Source of the DNA: Cyclobacteriaceae bacterium
Lineage (GTDB): Bacteria; Bacteroidota; Bacteroidia; Cytophagales; Cyclobacteriaceae
Assembly (NCBI GenBank): GCA_041746855.1
Contig: JBGTGG010000143.1
Location: forward strand, 2,155-66,154
Direction of reading: 5' to 3'
Length of the DNA stretch: 64,000 bases
The position numbers were made by a program, and so were the translations under genes. Position 1 is the stretch's first letter. Every line of letters starts with the position of its first letter. The notes under the pieces are model-generated. The model was not told the origin of the DNA and made no database searches. It was given only the letters and a program-made list of their open reading frames with translations. This document shows positions 28,844 through 38,119 of this stretch, piece by piece.

Positions 28844-30024
28844 CGTGTAAGTACTTGCAATAGGGTGTTCATTTTCAACTCTGTTTCTTCCCATTCTTTT
28901 TCAGGGTCTGAATCTTTTGTAATGCCCGCCCCTGCATAGATGATTGCTTCTTCTTTAAGGAGTTGGAGACAGCGCAGGTTGACAAATAAATTGGTTTGAT
29001 TTTGAAAATTGACAGCGCCTAGATATCCGGAATAAAATTCCCGATCATAGCCTTCGTTTTCAATTATAAATGGGAATGCGTTTTCAAGGGGCATTCCACA
29101 CACTGCTGAAGTCGGGTGGAGCAACTCCAGCATGACCGAGCCGAGTTGCGGAAAATTTGTTGCCCGCATATCAACGATAAGGTCCGTATTAAGGTGAAGA
29201 ATGTTTCCTGCAATTACTGTCTGGGGGCCGTGCTCTTCAAACTCCCGCAAGCGGATTTTTTTGAAGCAGTTGATGATGTAGCGGCTCACCAGTGCTTGTT
29301 CTTCAATTTCTTTTTGAGTCCATGCAACATCTTTACTATTGGTGCCCGGTTTCAGTGGCTGTGATCCTGCCAATGCTACTGTTTTAAACTGATCACCATT
29401 AATGTTAACCAGGATTTCCGGGGATGCTCCCAGCCACGTACCCACATTGTGGATGCTGACCAGGGAGATAAACGCATTCGGATAGGCAGTCGCTAATTTT
29501 TGGAATGCTTCGATCGGATCAAAGGAATCGTCAAGATTAATTTTTTTGATGCGCGACACGACCACTTTTTCAAAATCATTTTCTTCGATTGCCGAAATAC
29601 TTTTTTCAACAAGGCTTCTATAATCAACACTTGAATGAGCGGATGGACCGGAGTTGTTGTAATTTATTTTTGGTCGAGAATTTTTTTTCGATTGGTTTTG
29701 AAGCCACCCGGTGTTCTCGTGTTGATCGTAGTTTGAAGAAACCAATTCATTTTCTTCAAAAGAGAAGACAAAGTCACCTTTTAGAAAAATCCGCGCGCGC
29801 GATTTATCAAAAGGGGCAAACAAAAAACCGGTAGCCAGTTCTTCCAATGTTTTTTCATTCGGGATTTTTTCAGCAGTGGTAGAAACAAGGGCATGAAAAG
29901 TAGTGGTATTCGGAAGTCGCCACAAAGCGGTGGAAAAACCATTATCAATTGCAGAATAAAAAATATCCTGAAACCATTCGTATTGTGTTTTGGTCGTAAG
30001 GTCGGAGGCAGTACTATTCATCAA
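28840..30024 (-). CDS. menF: Isochorismate synthase
   Basis: Chorismate-binding C-terminal blocks LHPTSAVCGMP, REFYSGYLG and AGAGITKDSDPEKEWEETELK. It sits in an operon with menD, menB and menE. Confidence 0.85.
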   Translation of the reverse strand: MMNSTASDLTTKTQYEWFQDIFYSAIDNGFSTALWRLPNTTTFHALVSTTAEKIPNEKTLEELATGFLFAPFDKSRARIFLKGDFVFSFEENELVSSNYDQHENTGWLQNQSKKNSRPKINYNNSGPSAHSSVDYRSLVEKSISAIEENDFEKVVVSRIKKINLDDSFDPIEAFQKLATAYPNAFISLVSIHNVGTWLGASPEILVNINGDQFKTVALAGSQPLKPGTNSKDVAWTQKEIEEQALVSRYIINCFKKIRLREFEEHGPQTVIAGNILHLNTDLIVDMRATNFPQLGSVMLELLHPTSAVCGMPLENAFPFIIENEGYDREFYSGYLGAVNFQNQTNLFVNLRCLQLLKEEAIIYAGAGITKDSDPEKEWEETELKMNTLLQVLTR

Positions 30025-30027
30025 CTA

Positions 30028-30456
30028 CTATTTCTTTATTTCCAGTATTGCCATGGTAATGCGACTGATGCAAATCGGATTATCCTGTTCATCACGAATG
30101 CGGATTTCCCACACATGGGTTTGTTTTCCAATATGGATAGGGGAGGTCCTGCCGATTACATACCCGCTTTTTGCTCCTTTCAAATGATTAGCGTTTATCT
30201 CAAGCCCCACACAAAAAAATTTTGATCGGTCAATCACACAATACGCAGCAATACTGCCCATCGTTTCTGCCAGCGCAACCGAAGCTCCACCGTGCAACAA
30301 TCCCATCGGTTGTTGGGTTCGGTGATCAACGGGCATTTTTGCTTCGAGGTAATCTTCACCAACTTTCGTAAACTCAATTCCAATGTGCCCGCCCATCGTG
30401 TTGGGCATCGATCGGTTCAGGTGTTCAACGGTCAATTCAGGTGGAAAAACAGCCAT
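30028..30456 (-). CDS. PaaI/YdiI-type hotdog-fold thioesterase (candidate 1,4-dihydroxy-2-naphthoyl-CoA hydrolase)
   Basis: The sequence LNRSMPNTMGGHIGIEFTKVGEDYLEAKMPVDHRTQQPMGLLHGGASVALAETMGS matches the PaaI/YdiI signature. It is the first gene of the men operon and stops 3 nt before the menF start. I prefer the ATG at 30456 (MAVFPPE) over the longer track ORF. Confidence 0.7.
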   Translation of the reverse strand: MAVFPPELTVEHLNRSMPNTMGGHIGIEFTKVGEDYLEAKMPVDHRTQQPMGLLHGGASVALAETMGSIAAYCVIDRSKFFCVGLEINANHLKGAKSGYVIGRTSPIHIGKQTHVWEIRIRDEQDNPICISRITMAILEIKK

Positions 30457-30527
30457 TTTTGAAGATTTTGTTGAAAAGGAACAACAATGAAGTATTTCCC
30501 TATTTTTGCGCCCAAAATACTTCAAAA

Positions 30528-31151
30528 TTGGTCACGAAAAAAATATATCTGATCCGTCATGGACAAACGGATTTCAACAAACAAGGCATTGTTCAAGGTA
30601 GTGGTGTGGATAGTCGGTTGAATGCCGTGGGCATTGCGCAAGCGACTGCTTTTTTTGAGACGTATGGTTCGATAGCATTTGACAAAGTGTATACTTCAGC
30701 TTTGAAACGTACGCATGAATCGGTGGATCTATTTATAAAAAAAGGTACCCGACATGAAGCGCTTGAAGGGTTGAATGAAATAAACTGGGGCAACAAAGAA
30801 GGGCAGCGAATTTCAATTCAGGACGATGCACGCTACTTCGAGATGTTGGAAAGATGGAGGAAGGGTGAAACCGGATTACGGATTGAAGGTGGTGAAAGTC
30901 CCGATGATGTTTTGTCAAGATTGATTCCTGCTTGGAACCACATCATGAACAAACCAGAGGAAGAAAAAATTTTGGTTTGTGCGCACGGACGCGTGATGCG
31001 TGTTTTACTTTGCCATATTTTGAATTATCCACTTCATAGTATGGATTTGTTTGAGCACAGCAACTTGTGTTTGTATGAATTGAATTACTCGGGCTCCATG
31101 TTCCGGGTTGAAAAATTCAACAACGCTGATCACTTGCGGTCTTTTAATTGA
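30528..31151 (+). CDS. Histidine phosphatase family protein (phosphoglycerate-mutase-like)
   Basis: Catalytic RHG motif in KKIYLIRHGQTDFN, with a downstream VCAHGRVMR (second His). The start is uncertain: I prefer the TTG at 30528, while the track ORF begins at 30441. Confidence 0.75.
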   Translation: MVTKKIYLIRHGQTDFNKQGIVQGSGVDSRLNAVGIAQATAFFETYGSIAFDKVYTSALKRTHESVDLFIKKGTRHEALEGLNEINWGNKEGQRISIQDDARYFEMLERWRKGETGLRIEGGESPDDVLSRLIPAWNHIMNKPEEEKILVCAHGRVMRVLLCHILNYPLHSMDLFEHSNLCLYELNYSGSMFRVEKFNNADHLRSFN

Positions 31152-32581
31152 TCCAGTGCCGAGCGGGCTTTGCTATCGATACTATTTTTGTATTCGTGTT
31201 TTTTATAACTCAGTGCTTTCTTAAAATATAGCGTTGCATTTTTGGGATCGTTTTTGTCTTCGTAAATATAGCCAAGCTGCAGGCAGGAGTTCGGTGCAAA
31301 ATACGTTTGAAGGTCATCGCTCCTTAAAATAGTTTTTTTGTAAAATTCAATCGAAGCTTCGGGATTCCCCATTTTGTGTAGAAGCCTGGCATTCCGATAG
31401 TAAAATTCCACACTATCTTTTTTGGATTTTAAATCGCTGGGCGAAACTGTTTGGATCACCGCTGAGGCTTGATCATAATATCCACCATCGGTGAAATACC
31501 GGATTTTGGTCAATTTACGATTTCGTGATTCACGGGTTTGTAAACTGCGTGCGGCATATTTATCCGCTTCTGTTTCTGACCGCCCAACAGTTTCTGCCTT
31601 GGAAAAATAATAGTCAGCTTTTTCGTCAGTGTTGTTTAGCCAATAACAAAGTCCTGTTTTATAATGGGCATCTTTTATATGGTTTTCGCCTTCAAACTTT
31701 TTAATGAAGTGTTCGTACGCTGCAATCGCTTCTGGATATTCACCTTTATGAAGATAGACTTCACCTTTCAAATAATGGATAAAGGCCATGTTGAGGGGCA
31801 AACCCCGTTGCTCTAATTGCTGAATGTACTCTAGAGCTTTTTCACTTTGTGAATTTTTTACATAAAGCGAGGTTGCCAATAACATTGCAAGGGAAGGAGT
31901 CGTTTCTTTTTCCAGCAGGTTTGAAATATGTTGGATGCCTTCAGCAGGTTGTTGGAAGACATATCCTTCCACGAGGCTTTTTAGCAACATGGCTTCAATC
32001 GAAAAAATGGAATTGGAGTTTTGTACGGAGGTGAGTTCTTCGATCCCCTTTGCAACATTTCCTTCCATTCGCAACAACGAAAGTATCCAATCATACTTTT
32101 CTGGAACAGAGCCAACTAGTACGTTCAATATTCCCGAAGTTTTATTGATGGGTTTAAAATTAGGATGTTTTTTTTTGCATTGCTTTGTAAGCAAATAAGC
32201 CTGGCGTAAATCCCATGCGGCATCCAGTTCGTTTCCAAACTTTAAGTGAACGAACGCCCATTGTAATCTGATTTCAGCCTTCAGGAACAAGGCAGAAGCG
32301 CTCTGGTCTTTTTCAAATTGTGTTATGCGGTTTTCAGCGCGGCTTTCAAAATCCTGATAGAATTCCGGGTTTTCAGTCAACAACAGTTCAAGGGCTTCGC
32401 CATAGGATTGAATGTACGCTTCCTGATACGTACTTTGATTAACAGGTTTTACATTTGTGTAAGCTAAATCCAAAACTTTTCGATACTCTTTTTTTGCCTT
32501 GGCAGAAAAATCCCATTGCTGCGCAACAGAAATCAGTGACAATAAAAAAAGGCAAGCTGTTAGGCTCGCCTTTATTATCAA
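31130..32581 (-). CDS. Secreted tetratricopeptide-repeat (TPR) protein
   Basis: Repeated TPR-like A/Y/L patterns, for example GEYPEAIAAYEHFIKKF, DAHYKTGLCYW, EASIEFYKKTI and NATLYFKKALSY. The likely start is the TTG at 32581, which gives the signal peptide MIIKASLTACLFLLSLISVAQQ. The longer track ORF would overlap the upstream gene by 160 nt. Confidence 0.65.
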   Translation of the reverse strand: MIIKASLTACLFLLSLISVAQQWDFSAKAKKEYRKVLDLAYTNVKPVNQSTYQEAYIQSYGEALELLLTENPEFYQDFESRAENRITQFEKDQSASALFLKAEIRLQWAFVHLKFGNELDAAWDLRQAYLLTKQCKKKHPNFKPINKTSGILNVLVGSVPEKYDWILSLLRMEGNVAKGIEELTSVQNSNSIFSIEAMLLKSLVEGYVFQQPAEGIQHISNLLEKETTPSLAMLLATSLYVKNSQSEKALEYIQQLEQRGLPLNMAFIHYLKGEVYLHKGEYPEAIAAYEHFIKKFEGENHIKDAHYKTGLCYWLNNTDEKADYYFSKAETVGRSETEADKYAARSLQTRESRNRKLTKIRYFTDGGYYDQASAVIQTVSPSDLKSKKDSVEFYYRNARLLHKMGNPEASIEFYKKTILRSDDLQTYFAPNSCLQLGYIYEDKNDPKNATLYFKKALSYKKHEYKNSIDSKARSALDQLKDRK

Positions 32582-32594
32582 TGTTTTGAAAATA

Positions 32595-33404
32595 TTATTT
32601 CTTTTCAACTTTTCTTTTTCGTGGCGTAACCGTTTTGGCAGGCTTAGCAACCTTGGGCTTTTCTTCAATCCCCATCGATTCCATATCAACATCCGCCAAA
32701 ATTCTACCGGAGTGCTCATCAATAACGATTTTTTTCTTCTCCAGGATTTCAGCAATTTTTTGTGGAGGAATCACGATGTTACATCCTTCAGCAGCACCGC
32801 GCACTACACGCACAACAGCAAGGCCGTTGGAAAGGCTTACACGTAACCTTTCATAATATTTTAAAAGTTTCTCTTCTATTTTTTTGGTTGCTTTTTCACG
32901 CTCCACCATCAACCGTTTTTCTTCTTCCTGACTTTCTGCAAGGATTCCGTCTAATTCGGCTTTCTTTTCATTAAGGTGGTCGGTTCTTTCAGCAATAAGG
33001 GCATTGGTTTTATCAATTTCATCTTTTTTGGCTGCGATTTGGTCTTTGGCCTCCTTCATGCGCTTTTCGCAGATTTGGATTTCTAATTCCTGAAGTTCAA
33101 CTTCTTTTGAAATCGCATCGAATTCGCGGTTGTTACGAACATTCTTTTGCTGTTCGTTGTATTTTTTGATCAGCTTTTCAGCCTCTTTGGCTGCTTCTTT
33201 ATGTGTTTTTATGGTTTCATCGAAAGCTTTAAGCTCTCCTTCCAAACGCTCAAGGCGGGAGTTATACCCCACCATTTCATCCTCGAGGTCCCTTACTTCA
33301 TCCGGTAAATCGCCTCTTAATTTCTTTAATTCGTCAAATTTGGTGTCAATGAACTGCAGTTTAACAAGTGCTTCAAGCTTCTGGGCTACTGATTGATTCT
33401 CCAT
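32595..33404 (-). CDS. COG1579/DUF164-type coiled-coil protein (partner of Nif3) with a degenerate C-terminal zinc ribbon
   Basis: Long heptad-rich coiled coil (KLEALVKLQFIDTKFDELKKLRGDLPDEV...REFDAISKEVE...). It lies immediately downstream of the Nif3-family gene with 0-nt spacing, which is the conserved pairing. The C-terminal region contains a single Cys. Confidence 0.7.
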   Translation of the reverse strand: MENQSVAQKLEALVKLQFIDTKFDELKKLRGDLPDEVRDLEDEMVGYNSRLERLEGELKAFDETIKTHKEAAKEAEKLIKKYNEQQKNVRNNREFDAISKEVELQELEIQICEKRMKEAKDQIAAKKDEIDKTNALIAERTDHLNEKKAELDGILAESQEEEKRLMVEREKATKKIEEKLLKYYERLRVSLSNGLAVVRVVRGAAEGCNIVIPPQKIAEILEKKKIVIDEHSGRILADVDMESMGIEEKPKVAKPAKTVTPRKRKVEKK

Positions 33405-34505
33405 TTATTTGTAGTAACTGATTGGATTTGTTGAACTTTTAGAAAAATTGATCGCAAAACTAGGAAATTTTTTGATTAAAACATCCTTTAAGAGTTCTTT
33501 CGTATACACTTCACTTTCATAATGGCCAATATCGGCTATCATGATTTTTCCTTCGGCATCAAAAAACTCGTGGTATTTAAAATCGGCTGAAACGAACGCA
33601 TCAGCACCTATTTTTAAAGCGTCTTTCAATAAGAAGCTGCCTGATCCTCCGCAAACCGCCACTTTTTTAATCGGGCGATCAGGGATTTGAGTATGTCGGA
33701 TCATGGGTAATTCCATTGCTTCTTTCAAACGCTTCAAAAAATTAATTGGTTCAAGTGGGATTTCCAGTTCACCCACCATTCCAGCACCAACCTCTTGATT
33801 TTCATTTACTAACGCTGTTAAGTAGTATGCAACTTCTTCATATGGATGGTGTTTTTTGAGCGCTTTCACAATTACATTTTCAAGATGGGTAGGAACCAAT
33901 ACCTCTATCCGAACCTCCTTTGCTTTTTCAAGGTTGCCAACTTCCCCGGTTTGTGGGCTTGCACCTTCTGTTGGAAGAAATGTGCCCGTTCCTTCGGTTT
34001 GGAAACTACAGTTTGAATAATTGCCGATTTGCCCAGCCCCGGCAGCGTAAAGTCCTTCCAATACAGTTTCAAGATTTTCTTTCGGAACAAACGTGACCAG
34101 TTTTGAAAGTGTGCCTTTTTTCGGACTGAGGATCGAAAGGTTCAATAAGCCTATTTTTTCACAGATTTTTCGGTTTACGCCTGTTATGATATTGTCGAGA
34201 TTCGTGTGGATAGCGTAAATGGCAATGTTATTTCGGATGGCACTAATAACGGTTCGCTCTATATAATTACTGCCCGTAAGTTTCTTTAATCCCCTGAAAA
34301 TAATGGGATGATGGGCGACAATAAGGTTGCAATTCGACTGGATTGCTTCATTAACGATTTCTTCTGTGCAATCCAGCGTTACCAAAATACCTGTTACCGC
34401 ATCTGTTGGATTTCCCGTAAGGAGGCCGGCATTGTCATAGGATTCTTGTAAGGAGAGCGGGGCCAGCGATTCGAGATAATGGGTCACATCTTTTATCTGC
34501 ATCAA
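33405..34505 (-). CDS. Nif3-like dinuclear metal centre protein (GTP cyclohydrolase 1 type 2 / YbgI family)
   Basis: Motifs ESYDNAGLLTG, NLIVAHHPIIFRGLKKL, AIYAIHTNLD and the C-terminal HYESE. Confidence 0.88.
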   Translation of the reverse strand: MMQIKDVTHYLESLAPLSLQESYDNAGLLTGNPTDAVTGILVTLDCTEEIVNEAIQSNCNLIVAHHPIIFRGLKKLTGSNYIERTVISAIRNNIAIYAIHTNLDNIITGVNRKICEKIGLLNLSILSPKKGTLSKLVTFVPKENLETVLEGLYAAGAGQIGNYSNCSFQTEGTGTFLPTEGASPQTGEVGNLEKAKEVRIEVLVPTHLENVIVKALKKHHPYEEVAYYLTALVNENQEVGAGMVGELEIPLEPINFLKRLKEAMELPMIRHTQIPDRPIKKVAVCGGSGSFLLKDALKIGADAFVSADFKYHEFFDAEGKIMIADIGHYESEVYTKELLKDVLIKKFPSFAINFSKSSTNPISYYK

Positions 34506-34571
34506 AACACGGGATTAGTGTTGTTAATTGTATTTTTGCCGAAAATCATAAGCAAAACTACGATTTATTTA

Positions 34572-35615
34572 ATGTTCCTGACCCGGATTCTGCTCTTTCC
34601 CTTCGCTGTGCTCTATGATGCGGTCACCGGATTTCGGAATCGGTTATATGATTTGAAGCTGAAGCCTTCGGTTAGTTTTGATATTCCTGTAATCTGTGTT
34701 GGGAATTTATCAGTAGGAGGTACCGGAAAAACGCCCGTGATTGAATATTTGATCCGCCTGCTAAATAAAAAACACAGCATTGCAGTCTTAAGCCGGGGGT
34801 ACAAACGCAAAACAAACGGGTTTCGGATGGCCACTCAGGAGGATAATGCCAGTACGTTAGGCGATGAGCCTTTTCAGCTGTATAAAAAATACGGAAGCCA
34901 GGTTAGCGTTGTCGTGGGTGAAGATCGTGCGATGGCCATTCCCTCCATCTTACAAGCGCAGGAAAATGTGGATATCATTTTAATGGACGATGGCTTTCAA
35001 CACAGGAGGGTAACACCGGGGTTTTTAATATTGTTGACGGATTTCAATAAACCCTTCTATAAAGATTTTCTGCTTCCGGCCGGGCGATTACGTGAATCGC
35101 GGAGCAACGCCAGTCGGGCAAATGCAATTGTTGTTACCAAATGCCCGCATGATATTTCAGGTCAATCCATAGAAAATATTAAAAATGAAATTGGACGGTA
35201 TTCCCAAAAGCCGGTGTTCTTTGCAGCGATTCAGTATGGTAAACTTACACCTTTTGGCAATCAGAGTTTTGAAATTGGCAATAAGGTTTTAGTGGTAACC
35301 GGAATTGCAAATCCCACACCTTTGCTTTCTTTTGTAACTGCCAACTATACGTTGGTTGACCATTTGGATTTTCCTGATCATTACGATTTCACACATGAAG
35401 ATTTAGAAAGAATAAAAAGTTATTACGACAAAGACCCTTCACTAATTATTCTTACCACAGAGAAAGATATGGCAAAACTGACCGATCCGGTTTTTGAAAA
35501 TTTCACATCTGCACTACCATTTTTTTATTTGCCGATTGAAGTAGAATTTGTAAAAGGTGGTAAGGAATTTGATAAGCTGGTGCTTCAATCTGTTTTAAGG
35601 AGTGATGAAGGGTAA
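34572..35615 (+). CDS. lpxK: Tetraacyldisaccharide 4'-kinase
   Basis: Motifs LYDAVTGFRNRLYD, PVICVGNLSVGGTGKTP (Walker A), LSRGYKRK and DDGFQHRR. I prefer the ATG at 34572; the track ORF starts 93 nt upstream and would overlap the divergent Nif3 gene. Confidence 0.9.
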   Translation: MFLTRILLFPFAVLYDAVTGFRNRLYDLKLKPSVSFDIPVICVGNLSVGGTGKTPVIEYLIRLLNKKHSIAVLSRGYKRKTNGFRMATQEDNASTLGDEPFQLYKKYGSQVSVVVGEDRAMAIPSILQAQENVDIILMDDGFQHRRVTPGFLILLTDFNKPFYKDFLLPAGRLRESRSNASRANAIVVTKCPHDISGQSIENIKNEIGRYSQKPVFFAAIQYGKLTPFGNQSFEIGNKVLVVTGIANPTPLLSFVTANYTLVDHLDFPDHYDFTHEDLERIKSYYDKDPSLIILTTEKDMAKLTDPVFENFTSALPFFYLPIEVEFVKGGKEFDKLVLQSVLRSDEG

Positions 35616-37512
35616 TCATACGATAGCACAAATAGGATTCATTCTTCTCCTTATCGGGATGTCAGGGATGAAACTTTATGCACAGGAAGAAAACCAAATT
35701 CGCAGGGGCTCCTCCATTTTGGATGATAGCACCAAGCAGATTTACGGGCCTACTACTTCACGCTATTTTTATGAAGATGATGTTTTCTTCAACAAGAAGA
35801 AGTTTTATTTCATCGATACCGTTATTCGGGATTTCCATCGCTTCCCGTATGTGCAACGATACAATAATCTTTATCAGGATTTAGGAAATATTGGCACCGC
35901 CATCAAACCCATTTACTATCAGCCCCCTGAACAAATTGGTGTTCGCTCAGGTTTCCATTCCTATGATTTGTACTGGGATCATGAACGCATCGAATATTAT
36001 GATACCAAATCGCCTTACACCAATATGAAAGTTATCCTTGGCGGGAAGGGGCGATCAATGACCGACATTGCTTTTAGCAGAAATGTAAATCCACGATGGA
36101 ATACGGGTTTTAATTTCCGCACCATTTTAATGGACAAACAAGTACAACGATCCGGCCGTGGCGACAGGCATGTGATCGGCACGTATTACGATATCTATAC
36201 TTCCTATTTTACTGAAGATGAGAAGTATCGTTTGTTTTTCAATTTTCGTAGAAACCACCACCAGGTAGATGAGTATGGCGGCATAGACGTTGGTGTAAAT
36301 TACGTGATGAGTGATTTTTTTGATACCAACGCGCAACCCAACTTAACAGCCGCAGAGAGTAGGGAGCTTCGTATGAACATTCACTTCAACCACCAGTATT
36401 CAATTGCAAAAGAACTACAACTCTACCACACTTTTGATCGTGGGCGCCAGGGGAATCAATTTTTTGATACGCCCTCACTGGCCCCGGCAGGTTTTTATGA
36501 TTACGTGGAAGTTGATAGTGCCAACACCAGTGACAACGCCAAGCTTGTCACGCTACGCAATGAAGTTGGCATCAAAGGAAATTTAGCTAAGCTTTTCTAC
36601 AACGGCTACTATGCGATCCGTCATTACGATATGACCTATAAATATGTAAACCTTGATTCCGTTTCGGTGCCTTTAAATGGCTATGAGAATTATTTGGGAG
36701 GACGGCTTGCGTTGGATATTGATTCAATCTTTACGCTCACCGGTTGGGCGGAAATAATGGCCAACGGAAATTACAGGATCGAAGGCAACCTGAGCAGTCG
36801 CTGGCTGGAGGCTACGCTGAAGCAAAGTCAATATTCACCTTCCTTTTTGCAACAAGCCTATCGTGGTTCGCATGATGTATGGTACAATAATTTTGCTGCC
36901 ACTGAGTCATCCCAACTTTCGGGGTTCATTCATTACCGTGATCGGGCGGTTTCCATTTCGCCCGGAGTAGCGTTGACACGGTTGAAAAATTATGTTTATT
37001 TCAAGTATCGTGAATCCGTTGATGATCAAACCGTTCTTCCGGTGCAGTCTGGTGGTGATCAAATTTTTGCCTCGCCTGAATTGCGTTTCAACGTAAGAGC
37101 GGGAAATATTACGCTTCATACCCGAAGTATTTATACTGTTTTCTTAAAGAATGATGATAATGCTATCCGCATCCCTCCTTTGTTTGTCAATGCACAAATA
37201 GCCTATAACAATATTCATTTTGGTGGTAGCCTCGAATTGCATACAGGATTTGAAGTTCACTGGCAGTCAACGTACGCAGCCGATGCATATGATTTAGTCA
37301 CCCAACAGTTTTACCGACAAGATGATTTTAAGGTTCCATCTTTCCCTATTGTGGATGTATTCGTTAATGCAAAGATCAGAAGGGCACGGATATTTTTTAA
37401 GTACACCAATTTGATTCAATTGATTACTCAATCGGGATATCTTGCAACACCGGGTTATCCGGGTCAGCGAAATGTATTCGACTTTGGTTTCGATTGGTCT
37501 TTTTATGATTGA
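35602..37512 (+). CDS. Putative outer-membrane beta-barrel protein (putative-porin-like)
   Basis: Signal peptide (IGFILLLIGMSGMKLYAQ). The composition is rich in Y/F/N/G/R with alternating strands, and the terminus is aromatic-rich (FDFGFDWSFYD). The 14-nt overlap with the lpxK end suggests co-transcription. The family assignment is tentative. Confidence 0.5.
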   Translation: MMKGNHTIAQIGFILLLIGMSGMKLYAQEENQIRRGSSILDDSTKQIYGPTTSRYFYEDDVFFNKKKFYFIDTVIRDFHRFPYVQRYNNLYQDLGNIGTAIKPIYYQPPEQIGVRSGFHSYDLYWDHERIEYYDTKSPYTNMKVILGGKGRSMTDIAFSRNVNPRWNTGFNFRTILMDKQVQRSGRGDRHVIGTYYDIYTSYFTEDEKYRLFFNFRRNHHQVDEYGGIDVGVNYVMSDFFDTNAQPNLTAAESRELRMNIHFNHQYSIAKELQLYHTFDRGRQGNQFFDTPSLAPAGFYDYVEVDSANTSDNAKLVTLRNEVGIKGNLAKLFYNGYYAIRHYDMTYKYVNLDSVSVPLNGYENYLGGRLALDIDSIFTLTGWAEIMANGNYRIEGNLSSRWLEATLKQSQYSPSFLQQAYRGSHDVWYNNFAATESSQLSGFIHYRDRAVSISPGVALTRLKNYVYFKYRESVDDQTVLPVQSGGDQIFASPELRFNVRAGNITLHTRSIYTVFLKNDDNAIRIPPLFVNAQIAYNNIHFGGSLELHTGFEVHWQSTYAADAYDLVTQQFYRQDDFKVPSFPIVDVFVNAKIRRARIFFKYTNLIQLITQSGYLATPGYPGQRNVFDFGFDWSFYD

Positions 37513-37515
37513 TAC

Positions 37516-38118
37516 ATGGAGGCAAAAGGAAAGTTTACATTAGGACTTGAACTACCCACCGATCCGCGTTGGGTGAACATCGCAGAAAAAAGTATCGAGG
37601 AGATTTTAGTTGATCACGCGTACTGCGAGCAGAAGGCAGCGTCTTCTTGTATCTCATTGATAATATTGCATCCCGAGCGAACAGAACTGGTGGACACCTT
37701 AACACCTATCGTGGCTGAAGAATGGGCGCACTTTGAACGCGTGTTAGAGGAATTGAGAAAGCGAAACTTGGAACTGGGTCGTCCGCGCAAAGATGAATAT
37801 GTAGAAGGATTAAGCAAACTGGTGCGAAAAGGAGGGAGCCGTGACCAACAATTGTTGGAAAAACTTTTATTAAACGCGTTGATAGAAGCACGTAGTTGTG
37901 AGCGATTCAAAATATTATGGAAGCAACTCGCTGATCAGGAGCTTTCAAAATTTTATTATGAATTAATGATTTCTGAAGCTGGCCATTATCGAACGTTCCT
38001 TCAGTTGGCAAAATCATATTTACCGGAGGATGTAGTAAACAAGCGTTGGCGCGAGTGGCTGGATGACGAGGCTCAAATCATGCGTCAACTTGAGCCCCGT
38101 GGTGACCGTATGCATTAG
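37516..38118 (+). CDS. miaE: tRNA-(ms2io6A37)-hydroxylase, di-iron
   Basis: Motifs LPTDPRWV, LVDHAYCEQKAA, EEWAHFERV, EARSCERF and SEAGHY. These are paired E..H ferritin-like di-iron motifs characteristic of MiaE. Confidence 0.8.
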   Translation: MEAKGKFTLGLELPTDPRWVNIAEKSIEEILVDHAYCEQKAASSCISLIILHPERTELVDTLTPIVAEEWAHFERVLEELRKRNLELGRPRKDEYVEGLSKLVRKGGSRDQQLLEKLLLNALIEARSCERFKILWKQLADQELSKFYYELMISEAGHYRTFLQLAKSYLPEDVVNKRWREWLDDEAQIMRQLEPRGDRMH

Positions 38119-38119
38119 T

